From the NCBI RefSeq assembly GCF_006345805.1, contig NC_043009.1:55242001-55306000 (forward strand): a DNA stretch of 64,000 nucleotides. The letters run 5' to 3'. Source of the DNA: Octopus sinensis (lineage: Eukaryota). The position numbers and the translations under genes are program-made. The notes below the pieces were generated by a model that saw nothing but the letters and a program-made list of their open reading frames with translations, did not search any database and was not told where the DNA came from. Below, in pieces: positions 52,370 to 64,000 of this stretch; within the stretch, counting starts at the first letter, position 1; the number at the start of each line of letters is the position of its first letter.

Positions 52370-53726
52370 CTTTGACTTGGAAAAAGCCTTTGACAGAGTA
52401 CCCCACTTCCTCATCTGGTGGTCCATGCAGAAGTTAGGGATAAACAAGTGGTTGGTAATAGCTGTACAAGCCATGTGCAGAGATGCTGTCAGTAAGGTGA
52501 AGGCCAGCAATGAGTATAACAATGAATTTAGTGTACAAGTAGAAGTTCACCAAGGATCAGTTCTCAATCCTTTCTTGTATATCATAGTCCTTAAAGCCAT
52601 AACAAAGGAATAAGATTGTCTGCATTTGGGAGCTCCTCTGCACAGATGACCTTGTTCTTACAGCTGAATCACTATCTGGAGTTAATTTAGCAAAGACCAA
52701 AGTTTTATTAAGAAGAAAAACAGACAAATCACAAATCTCTTCAAGGAAATGGCCCTGCTCAATATGTTAGAAAGGTGTTGGTAGAAACTCCATACGGTGT
52801 ACCCAGAGCAAGTAATTGACATGTAAGAGGTGCAGCAGTATCATGGGGGGGTGGTTAACAGAGAAAGTAGTCTTTGTATGTGGCAGATGTGTGGGTACAA
52901 TAAACACTAAGAATACACAGAGAACAGAATTCTCCAATTGTTCAGTGGGGATCCTTAGATAAAGTAGATAGTTCCTATTACTAAGGCAACCAATTTATTA
53001 GTGAAGAAGGAAGCTTTGAAAGCGTAGTTTCTAGAATAAGAATGGGCTGGGCAAAGTTCAGAGAGCTGCTACTTTTATTGGTAACAAAAAGCTTCTCTCT
53101 CAAGGTGAAAAGCAGATTGTATGATGCCTGTGTACATACAGCTATACTACATGGCAGTGAAACATGGGCTATGATTACAGAGGACATGTGAAGGTTTGAA
53201 ACAAATGAAACCAGCTTGCGCTACTGGATGGGTAACATCAGTGTGCTTGTACGATTTAGTGTAAATGATTTAGGAGAAAAATTGGGTATAAGAGGCATCA
53301 GATGCTGCATGCAAGAGGGAAGACTGTGCTGGTATGGTTATGTGATGTGTATGGATTAGGACAGCTACATAAAGAAGTGCCAATCTCTAATTGTGGAGGG
53401 AACCGGTGAAAAGCACCCATGCCGGTGGCACATAGAAATGCACCTGTGCTGGTGTCAGGTAAAATGCACCTGTGCTGGTACCATGCAAAAGCACATATGC
53501 TAGTGCTACATAAAAGCACCTGTGCTGGTGTCACATATAAAGCACCTATGCCTGTGCCCTGTATAAAGTACACTGTATAGTGGTTGGTGCTAGGAAGACC
53601 ATCCAGCTCTAGAAACTATACCAAAACGAACAACAGGAGCCTGTGCAGCTCTCCAGCTAGCCAGTTCCTGTCAAACACTCCAACCCATGCCAGCATGGAA
53701 AGTGGATGTCAAATGATGATGATGAT
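52370..53726 (+). mobile_element. Decayed RTE-clade LINE, RT domain to 3' tail
   Basis: FDLEKAFDRVP, VHQGSVLNPFL, a decayed ADD motif, RIRMGWAKFRELL, LHGSETWA and ..IKKCQSLIVEG. It then jumps to the 3'-UTR repeats and a (GAT)n tail. Contains frameshifts and stops. Confidence 0.9.
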
Positions 53727-54041
53727 ATATTTATATATATATAATCAAAATAAGCAACAAGAATGACTCCGGTAATTTGGTGCGATCGTTTCATACTACA
53801 TCATTTTATTAAATGTTGTAAGTATTACAACAGTTTCAAAATGCTGAGTACTCATCAGCCAATTATAGAGGTTTTCCATTAATACAAAAGTTTTCATATC
53901 AAGTGGCAATATTATAGAGAAGGTAGATACATAGGTGTGGATTTAAATTTTAAGAACATTTGAGGTAGTGGAGCTCATCAAACTGACTGACTAAGATTCA
54001 GTTGTTCCAAACTACTTTAAGGTTCTGAGAATGAAGAACAA

Positions 54042-54075
<34 letters not shown>

Positions 54076-54629
54076 AGAGAGAGAGAAAGAAAGAGAGACC
54101 AGTTTCCTTCTACCAAATCCACTCATGGCCTTGGTTAGCCTGGGGCTATAGTAGAAGACACTCAGCTAAAGTTCCATACAGTGGGACTGACCCAAAACCA
54201 TGTGGTTGGTAAGTAAGTTTTTTTAACCACATAGTACTTAATTATACTGTCAACCTCTGCATGTCTTAGTAACCTAACACCATTCAGTCTGCAAGACAAA
54301 CAAAAAGCAGTGATATCTACAGTTAAGAGTGTCATTTTGCTTTGTACATAGTCACAGATTTGGACAACTAAGTAAACTGTGATAGATATATGCAATTCTT
54401 TAGCATTGAGGAGATGCCTGATGGAGTGTTAGAGTCTATGATGCAAATTCTGGAGATCTGGCAGCAAGTATTCAACTCCTGTCACACTCAATTGCAAATC
54501 TTAACACTTAAAATTAAACACTGTAAATCAGAATTAAAGTAAATAAATAAATTAATTGAATTAAAGTTTTACATTTTGAAATTAATACCTCAGGTACATA
54601 TTGCCAGTTTCTTAGACAGCAAAGGTGGC

Positions 54630-56222
54630 AAAAAATAGCGGGAAAGGTGTCAGTTTTGAAAAATGTGCTGGGGGTGAGGAATGATATTTCTCCTTGTTCC
54701 TTTATTAGCTATGCCACCGGTTCTATTCAAAGGAATATTGTAATCTCAGCCACTTATATGCCATAGAAACTGGGTAATCAATTTTATGGGTTTTTGGGCT
54801 CAAGAAAGAAAAACTTTTATAAATAAAACAACAATGTTTAATTAACTTTAAATACTCAACTAGTACATCTTATTTTTCTAAGTATCTTTTGGAAAGCCAA
54901 ATGCAATATCACCCCTTGTGATAAACTACCATAAATGATGGCATAAAAGACACATGGGCATATTAGTTGCACCCCAACTTCAGTAGTGCATATTCAAGAA
55001 AAAAAGTTTTCAGTGGTTTAAAACATGTATTAAAGGTCCATCTTCACATATAATATCCAGGGTGATTTTTTATGGAAGAAAGTGCCTTATATATCATCAA
55101 ATATGGTTGATACTTTACAGATCATCTAATTCTCTATATTACTATTTTCAGTTTTAAATCCATCAGAAATGGTTTTCTTTTCTTTTTCCTTCAGGAGCTG
55201 CTTTACTCTACCTCTCTCAAGATAACAGTAATATACTAGGTTACTAAGGCAACGAGCTGGAAGAAACATTAGCATGCCGGGCAAAATGCTTTGCAGTATT
55301 TCGTCTGTCTTTACGTTCTGAGTTTAAATTCCGCCATGGTCAACTTTGCCTTTCATCCTTCGGGGTTGATAAATTAAGTACCAGTTGTATACTGGTGTCA
55401 AGCTAATCAACTGGCCCCCTCCCTAAAAATTTCGAGCCTTGTGTCTAGAGTAGAAAAGGATATACTAAGTTACTTCATCAGCCGTAATGCCACCTGTATC
55501 ACACACAATCAAACCAAAGCAGCCAAATCTCCTTCAAATCATGTACCAGCATCTCAAAGTATACATTTTTATGAAGTAATCATATATCCTTAAAAAAATG
55601 GGATGGTTATGGCTGGAATACTTTAGGGGCTACAAAACAGCAACAAAGGAAATATTCATCCTCACTTCCAATGATAAATATAAAATCAAGCCTAAGAGAG
55701 CATGACCAGTTATTGTTCAGAGCCTTTGCACTTTACATAGACCGCTAATGCCCTTTGGAGATGTATGAATGAGAAGTAGCAACTTCCTATTTCTCTTCCT
55801 TTGTGCCTAATCAACAGTAAATAATATTTCTTATTCAACCCTAAGAGAAGCAGATATGGTTGAAGTAGTAGAAAACCTGTTTGGATACTTCTTAAAGAAT
55901 ACCTACCTACTTCTCTTTTCTATGTTGAAATCTCACAAGGGGTGATTTTGCATTTGGCTTTCCAAAAGATAATTAGAAAAATAAAAAGATGTACTAGTTG
56001 AGTATTTAAAGTTAATTAAATTGTTTTATTTATAAAAGTTTTTCTTTCTTGAGCCCAAAAACCCATAAGATTGATTCCCCAGTTTCTATGGCATATAAGT
56101 GGCTGAGATTACAATATTCCTTTGAATAGAACCGGTGGCATAGCTAATAAAGGAACAAGGAGAAATACCATTCCTCACCCCCAGCACATTTTTCAAAACT
56201 GACACCTTTTCAGCTATTTTTT
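54630..56222. repeat. About 290-bp inverted repeat pair (54630-54921 / 55933-56222)
   Basis: Over the ~240 bp compared base by base, the arms differ by about 5 substitutions and 2 small indels. Spacer 1011 bp. Confidence 0.92.
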
Positions 56223-56642
56223 TTAAACACTTTAGTTAACTGTATCAGTAGTTGTAAGGTTTCATACGTAATCCTTTCTATCATAGGCACAAGGCCTGAA
56301 ATTTTGTGGGGACAGAGCTAGTCAATTACATGGAATTTGAACTCAGATCATAAAGATTAATGAAATGCTGCTAAGCATTTTGTCTGGCATGCTTATGATT
56401 CTGCCAGCTTGCAGCCTCTTAGTAAGTTTCATGAATAATGATGTTGTTGTTGAAACATGAAATTAATGAATATAGAATGCAATTACATATACTATAACTT
56501 ATAAAATATTCTGCTTAATATAAAAGAAATGAGTTAAAACTTGTTTGGCATGATACTGTTTTTTTTTTATATGCCCACTCCCACCTAACTTTAGAACCTG
56601 GCTGCACTGCTGACTGGGATGCTGGCCTCTTACAGAGTTTAA

Positions 56643-56855
56643 CCCTTTCATTACTGTATTTATTTTGAGATGCTCAGTGTTTCTTTCAATTACTTTAAAT
56701 ATAACAAAGAATTTAGTAAAATAACTTTGTAATCATTAAGCAGGTGTTAGGAACATAAATTGTGACTAGTGCAAGATTTTAATTCAGAACTTTTGAAAAC
56801 AAGACATTTGTACCACAGAGCCAAAGCCGGTTATGCCGGATTGGTATCAAAATGG
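56643..56855. mobile_element. piggyBac-type MITE family 2 (reverse copy)
   Basis: TTAA at 56639-56642 and 56856-56859; reverse complement of the 15448-15656 type. Confidence 0.85.
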
Positions 56856-57771
56856 TTAAGGCCAGCAGTTATAAAGAGGAAGGGGAAAGTCAATTACTGG
56901 TACTTTATTTTATCAACTCTGAAAGGTGAAAAGGTAAAGCCAACCACTGCAAGATTTGAACTCAGAATGTAAAGAGCCAGAACAAATATCACTAAGCATT
57001 TTCTCTGATGTACTAACAATTCTGCCAGCCTTATTAATTAACCTTTTCATTACAATATTTCTTTTGAAATATGCTACTTTGGTTCTAATTAATTTTGAAA
57101 CTAATGAGGAATTTATTAAAATAATTTTGTCAATATTAAGTTGGAGTTTGGAACATAAATTAACATGGAATTTTGAAGGAGAGTTTTAATTTAAATCACT
57201 TTAAGACAGTAAAATTTTATCATAGAAACAGGAGCAGTGTCAGGCAGGTTAGTATCAAAAGGATTAAACTTAAAGTTTAATCAGTGTCATGTCACACAGC
57301 AGAAGACTTACTTGTGAGAGGTTTTTCTATAAAATCTAAGTACAATAGAATATTGGACAATTACCAAGTGAATTTTAATGGCTTAGATCTTATCACCAAC
57401 ATGCTCATATTGTCCATGGTCCATACACTTACTTCATAAATTACCTAACCCACCAAGCTGTAAGTACTATGAAAGTACTGTATAATTAAAATCTGAAGAC
57501 CTATTTATTTACTGTTTATCATAACATCTGAAATTATTTACTGACATTTGAAAATTATTTAGTATCTAAATAATTTTATTTATGTTCACCAACAAATATG
57601 TGACACTGTATATTTACTTTGAGATTTGTTTAATACTATTTTGACAAGACCATACATACATACATACATACACACACACATACATATATACATACATACA
57701 CACACATACATACACACATAAATACATACATACACACACACATACATACATGCATACATACATACATACAT

Positions 57772-58108
57772 GCTGAGACCCCCTTCAGTCATGACTGACC
57801 ATGGGATTGCACTTAGAATGTTACCCCACCCCACCCCCACCCCAGGCACAAGTCCAGGCATGGTTGTTTTATGGAAGATCAGCAGTCGCCCATGCATACC
57901 AGCCTCCCCTCTCCATGCCATCAGTGTTATCCAAGGGAAAGGCAAAGGGGCCCGATACAACTTGGCACCTGTGACATCGCAACTCATTTCTACAGCTGAG
58001 TGAACTGGAGCAACGTGAAATAAAGTGTCTTGCTCAAAAACACAACACGCAATCTGGCCCAGGATTCGAACTCACAACCTCACGATTGTGAGCTCAACGC
58101 TTTAACCA
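57772..58108 (-). mobile_element. SINE family C
   Basis: Reverse complement of the 26540-26871 type, with A/B boxes near 58050-58100. Confidence 0.85.
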
Positions 58109-58248
58109 CTGAGTCATGTGCCTTCACATACATGCATACATACATACATGTGTATATTGTCATTGCTATCATCATCCCCATCATCATTGTTTTAATGTCC
58201 AATTTTATTCCATGCACCCGCAAGGGTCAGACAGAATTTGTTGTGGCA

Positions 58249-58316
<68 letters not shown>

Positions 58317-58921
58317 ATATATATTTCCATTTGGTTTGATTTTGATATATACTTGAGTCGAAGATAGCAAAATTAAGTAGAAATATGTCTGGGATTGTTT
58401 CCAATACTTGTCAGAAAAAGGAAAAAAATAATTGCATACATTCATTATAATGATGATGATGGTGGTAGTAGAGATGATGACAATGAGGACGACGATAACA
58501 ACAATGATGATGATGATGTTGATGAATTGATTGTGGTAGCAATGATGACAACAGTGGTGGTCAGGATATGATGATCATGGTCATATTGAAGATAACTATG
58601 TGAACATTCTTTGATTGCTTCCTGTTGGAATTTTATGGTATTTCCCAAAATGTTATTTTCTGCACCCAAACAGTTTACCTTATAACTTTAACTTGTTAAT
58701 TGCTCCATCTAATAAACAGACTGACATACAGATTTATTTTTAACAGTTTCAGAAGAGAGGGGATACAGTGCCTCTAACCTTTGCTGGTTTTCCCAGAGAC
58801 TGATGTGATTGATGTGATTGATTGAATATTTGTAGTTCAGAATTCCAAAAGGAAATGAGTTGTGAAGGAATTCCAGAAGCCATTGTTCTGGGGAGGAGAA
58901 AGCTCTGTATAGTGTTGAGAG

Positions 58922-61095
58922 CAATGGTTCTCAACCAGTCTTTACATATAAACCCCTTTGATTACTATTTTGTTCTAGTGGACCCCCATAGCCATTCTAT
59001 CTTAAAAACTAGTTTTATAGATACTTCTTTCAAAATTCCTAGTTTGCTTTTCATACATTCATTTTTCTCTTTTACTCTTTTACTTGTTTCAGTCACTTTG
59101 ATTGTGGCCATGCTGGAGCACTGCCTTTAGTCAAACAAATCGACCCCAGGACTTATTCTTTGCAAGCCTAGTACTTGTTCTATCAGTCTCTTCTGCCGAA
59201 CCGCTAAGTTACAGGGATGTAAACACTATAACATTGGTTGTCAAGTGATGGTAGGGGGACGAACACAAACACAAACGCACAAATACATACATGCATACAT
59301 ACATACATACATACATCATACATACATCATACATACATACATACATACATACATACATACATACATACATCATACATACATACATACATACATACATACA
59401 TACATGTATATATACATGTAACGAGCTTCTTTCAGTTTCCATCTACCAAATCCACTCAGAAGGCTTTGGTCGGCTTGAGGCTATAGTAGAAGACACTTGC
59501 CCAAGGTACCATGCAGTGGGACTGAACCCAGAACCATGTGGTTAGGAAGCAAGCTTCTTACCACAAGACACTCAGGTTTACAATAGAACTCTTTGAGAGA
59601 ACATGTTTCAGAGGCCAGACACATATTGAACTATGTAAAACATTAGAGAAAGAAACCTAGTTGATTCTTGCAATAAATACATCGAAACCAAAATTTTTCA
59701 TGGACCCCTAAAATTCTTCCATAGATCCCCAATTTACTATTTTACTTGCATAACAATAAATGTTGCCCTTCTCAAGCCTAGCCAGGCTCAAGGGCCCAGT
59801 TTCCCAGTTTCTGTGGCATATGTGTTCCCTCCAGCTTGACAGGACGCCAGTCCATCGCAGCATTACTCAAGAAACACGAAGAGAGAGTGAGAGAAAGTTG
59901 TGGCAAAAGAGTACAACAGGGGTCGCCACCACCCCCTGCTGGAGTCTCGTGAAGCTTTTAGGTGTTTTCGCTCAATAAACACACACAACGCCCGGTCTGG
60001 GAATCGAAACCATGATCCTCCAACCGCGAGTCCGCTGCCCTAACCACTGGGCCTTTGTGCCTCCTTTTACTTGCATGGGACTCCAAAAGTCTTATATGGA
60101 CCCCCAGTCCATATAAGTCATATGGACACTTGTTGAGAACCACTGGGTTAGATCAGTACTCCACAACCTTTTTCATACTTGCAGTACACTTCTTTTCAAA
60201 ATTCAGCAGCACACCTGAACTCAAAATATGACTAAAAGTATAGGGAAAAAATTAAATTCAGGTTACACTGAGCACACCTAGCATCATCTCATGGCACACC
60301 AGTGTGCTGCAACATGGACCACTGGTTTAGAGCAATGGGTCTCAATAGTTTTTTTTTTATGTATGGACCCTTTTGACTACTATTTTATTCTGGCGGACCC
60401 CATAATCATTTGATGTTTAAAAACTAGTTTTATAAATTCTTCTTTCAAAATCTCTATTTTGTTTTTCACACTATTTTACTCTTTTACTTGTTTCAGCCAT
60501 TTGACTGTGGCCATGCTGGAGCACCGCCTTTAGTCGACCACATCGACCCCAGGACTTATTCTTTGTAAGCCTAGTACTTATTGTATCGGTCTCTTTTGCT
60601 GAACCGCTAAGTTATGGGGACATAAACACACCAGCATCAGTTGTCAAGTGATGATAGGGGAGACATACACAGACATGCAAACATACACACACACATACGG
60701 GCTTCTTTCAGTTTCTGTCTATCAAATCCACTCACAAGGCTTTGGTCGGCCCGAGGCTATAGTAGAAGACACTTGCCCAAGGTCCCATGCAGTGGGACTG
60801 AACCCAAAACCATGTGGTTGGTAAGCAAGCTACTTACCACACAGCCACTCCTGCGCCTTTGCACTAGCACCCACTGACAGAACAAGTTTCAGTGGCTGGA
60901 AACATGTTAAACTATGTAAAACATTTGAGAAAGAAACTTTGCTGTTTCTTGCATTAAATAAATCTTAAGAAGAATTTTCGAATGGACCTTTAAAACACTA
61001 CTGTGGACCCCCAATGTACTATTTTGCTTCTGTGGGCACCCCAAAATCTTATATGAACCCCTAGGGGTCACACTGACCCCAGTTGAGAACCAGTA
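58922..61095. mobile_element. Stack of three hAT MITEs with three nested SINEs
   Basis: MITEs at 58922-60145, 60154-60324 and 60333-61095 with CA(G/A)T...CAAC-type ends, separated by 8-bp spacers. SINE B at about 59075-59570 and 60475-60857; a tRNA-SINE at 59752-60064. Confidence 0.8.
59752..60064 (-). mobile_element. tRNA-derived SINE (fourth family) with TSD
   Basis: Head GGAGGCACAAAGGCCCAGTGGTTAGGGCAGCGGACTCGCGG...GGTTTCGATTCC. 12-bp TSD TTTTACTTGCAT at 59740-59751 and 60065-60076. Confidence 0.9.
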
Positions 61096-61509
61096 GTTTG
61101 GAGTAAATGTCTAAGCTTCAAGACATTAATGGGAACAAGAGAATGAAAAATGAACTGGCCAAGGCAGAGAGGGTACACAGGCAGAACAGAGAAGCAGAAG
61201 CTGTTGTCATGGTGATAGAAGAAGAGAAAGAAAACAAGAAAACAAGAAAACAGTGCGTCTGTGAGATTGCAGTTGTTGAAGAAGCTGAATCTTTGTCAAT
61301 CAATCAAATGGATTTGCTTTCAGTCTAGACTCCATAATTAACTCACATTAATTCAAGAACATCTATGTGGTCACTTGGCTTGCTAAAAACTGCAGCCAAA
61401 TCTCACTTAAGCAATATCCCATCATCTTAAAATTTCCATTTACCGTATGAAACTTTAATCATTCTTAAATAATTAGGACACATTCTTAGAAATTCTGAAT
61501 CTTTCCACT

Positions 61510-62190
61510 TGGTGGTGGAGGTGGTGGTAGAGATGGTGGTGATGGTGTTCCATAGGGAAGACGATGACAAAATGTTATCATCGTCATCAACATCAAGAGC
61601 ACTTTTATCATCATCACCATCATATTGGCTGTAAAGGTGATGATGATGACAATAATGGCTATGATGACAATGATGATGGCGACGATGATAATGATGATGA
61701 TGATGATGAAACATTATCATCACCATCACCACCATCACTACCAAAATCATCATCCTCATCATCATAGGGATGGTATTAATGAGAAAGGTCATGACACTGA
61801 CATTGAGGCTGTCAATTATGATGTTGACAAAGACGATAATGATGATGAGGAGGAGGAGGATGATGCCAACGACAATGATGGAGATGATGATGCATTACTG
61901 CTGGTGTTGATAATGATGATGTTGATGACAGCAATGATGATGATAATGATGACACTTCTGCTGCTGATGATGATGGTGATTATGATGACAAGGATGATAA
62001 CAACAACAATGACGGTGATGACAATGATGATGATGATGATGATTATAACAATGATGATAATGATGATGATGAGAATGACAACAACAATGATGACAATACT
62101 GCTGCCACTGCCACTGCTGCTGCTGGTGATGATCATGAAGATGATGATGATGGGTTGGTGGTGGGGGCAGTCAGACTGATGACGATAATC
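61510..62190. repeat. Degenerate (GAT)/(CAT)/(GGT) trinucleotide low-complexity tract
   Basis: Mixed trinucleotide runs; source of Met/Asp/His/Ile-rich ORFs. Confidence 0.85.
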
Positions 62191-62590
62191 ATGTTGATAT
62201 TAACTATTTCAACTTTGATTCTTTCCTGCAGGAATTTTATGGTATTTTCCAAAATAATATATTCCTCAGCAAGTTCTGAAACAGGAATTATTTTAATTCC
62301 TATTTTAATAACAGGAAATAAAATAGAAGAAACAGAGGGATAAAAAAAAGACAAATTATCTTGATATATGGTATAAAAGTTGATGAATTAGTTATTAGAT
62401 AGCGTATGTGTGTAAGGTGGCAAGCTTTTCAAGGGTCAATAAAATAAATACCAGTTGAACATTGGGATCAATGTAATCAACTTACACCCTCCCCAGAAGT
62501 TGCTGGCATTGTGCTGAAATTTGAAACCAAGTAGTGTATGTGTGAAATTTCAAATAGTTATTAAAGATGGTTCACATTCAGATTAAGTGT

Positions 62591-62593
<3 letters not shown>

Positions 62594-62626
<33 letters not shown>

Positions 62627-62689
62627 CACCACCACCACCACCACCACCACCACCATCATCATCATAACCCCCACCACCACCACCATCAT

Positions 62690-62720
<31 letters not shown>
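62594..62720. repeat. Compound (CAT)n(CAC)n(CAG)n microsatellite
   Basis: Directly visible. Confidence 0.9.
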
Positions 62721-62721
<1 letters not shown>

Positions 62722-64000
62722 TTATCAGCATTACTCTCCTCATCCTCATTGTTTTAACATATGTACACACTCCCAAACGCACACAGACACACACACACAT
62801 GCGCACGCTAAAACAAAATCTGTCATTAACTATTACTTTAAACTAATACTGTTTGTATTGCACACAATGAATTTTATTCAGCCCACCAGCCAATAATTGT
62901 GACAAGAGTGATTTTTTTCAAACACTATTTTTATATATCAGATATTGTTACAGCATGCTTTTACCAATGAATACTTACTAGTGACAAAGTCCCAAGTCAC
63001 AGAAATATATATTTAGCAGTGCCACCATGGCTGTTAGACAATTTTCATGTGCTACAGATATATTTTTGTGTCAATATGTCTTGCAGAAATTATGACAATC
63101 ATGTAAGAATAACATTATTAATAGCTTTGATAAACTAATTATAAGATGTAAACATAGATTACATAATACCTTCCTCTTATACAAACCCTAATTCCCATTA
63201 GAAAATACTAGTTACTCCCGCTGATTGTTCCTTAGAGAAGCTCACTTTCCTTTGCCTCTAGGTCCATCTATTTAGCATTATTTAATATAATAATTACATT
63301 GCCTGGTAAACTCCTCATCTAGTTTTATCAACTTGTATATGAACCATTGGATTCTACAGTACTTCTTTATGTTACTACTATGTAGTGATGTTGGGATCTA
63401 GCTAAGCAGATTATTCCTTCCATATGTTTTATTATTAACAGTTCACTTCTTACATCAGTTACTTTGTAATTACCCTGAGTGCCATGTTATATCTTGCTAA
63501 TTTATACATTTTCTTTATCCTCACACATTTTTTTATACTCATGTATAAGAGCCTACTTTCTTCCTTTTTTTTCACACATGGTACACAGTTACATGAGATT
63601 GTTATTTCACATTCTGTCTTAACTCATACTACCCGTGTTTTCAAGTTTTGTTTTTCTATGTGTATAACGACCTGTAAAGATACATACTTGTGTGAATGCA
63701 TGTTTTTTTCTTTTCTCTTTTATTCTTTTTCATTTTTCCTCTTTTTTTTATGTGTGTATATATTTATACATTTGTATTTTACATATAAATTTTCATCCGT
63801 TCATGTCAGCTTTTTGTGTTTACATATGTGTATCTATATTTTTGTGAGTATATGCTAGTAGCTAGCATGTATATGCATATTCTTATGTTTGGGCATGTGT
63901 ATATCACAATATATATATATATAGGTTAGATGAAATATGTTTGTCACATATTTCAACTGCTATAGGCAAATACACTGCAGTTACCATGCATAAGTAACCT

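Noticed and set aside
53405-53560. Short repeats with variable spacers (AAAGCACC units; also the 37-bp array at 23506)
   Set aside because: Not CRISPR: eukaryotic context, the spacers are related to each other, and there are no cas genes. These are a LINE 3'-UTR repeat and a minisatellite.
61107-62179. 73-aa charged ORF (61107) and 184-aa Met/Asp/His-rich ORF (61625)
   Set aside because: Purine-rich and trinucleotide low-complexity DNA; no recognisable domain or exon boundaries.

Overview
AT-rich, microsatellite- and SINE-dense eukaryotic DNA. The repeat repertoire looks like an octopod cephalopod genome (inference). One host gene is supported: a minus-strand CFAP97/KIAA1430 (Drosophila hemingway) family cilia/flagella gene with two coding exons, 48623-47118 and 10777-10508. 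They are joined in phase 0 across a 36,340-bp GT-AG intron, giving a predicted 591-aa protein. The rest is a layered transposon landscape: several tRNA-derived SINE families, RTE-type LINE pieces, Tc1/mariner/maT relics, a deleted Helitron, hAT and piggyBac-type MITEs, a possible Penelope-like element, mini/microsatellites and local duplications. No CRISPR array, rRNA, true tRNA gene or prokaryotic feature was seen. I found no clearly new multi-gene system. The leads most worth following are: an RFX half-site/CRE composite plus an overlapping uORF at the gene start; a CpG-preserved domain around the 5' end; two ~300-bp recent inverted duplications; three hAT MITEs stacked on one 8-bp target; and two paralogous minus-strand exon-like relics near 58.6 and 62.2 kb. 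Family names come from recalled motifs, not database searches. Coordinates were counted by hand, and repeat boundaries without a TSD are approximate.
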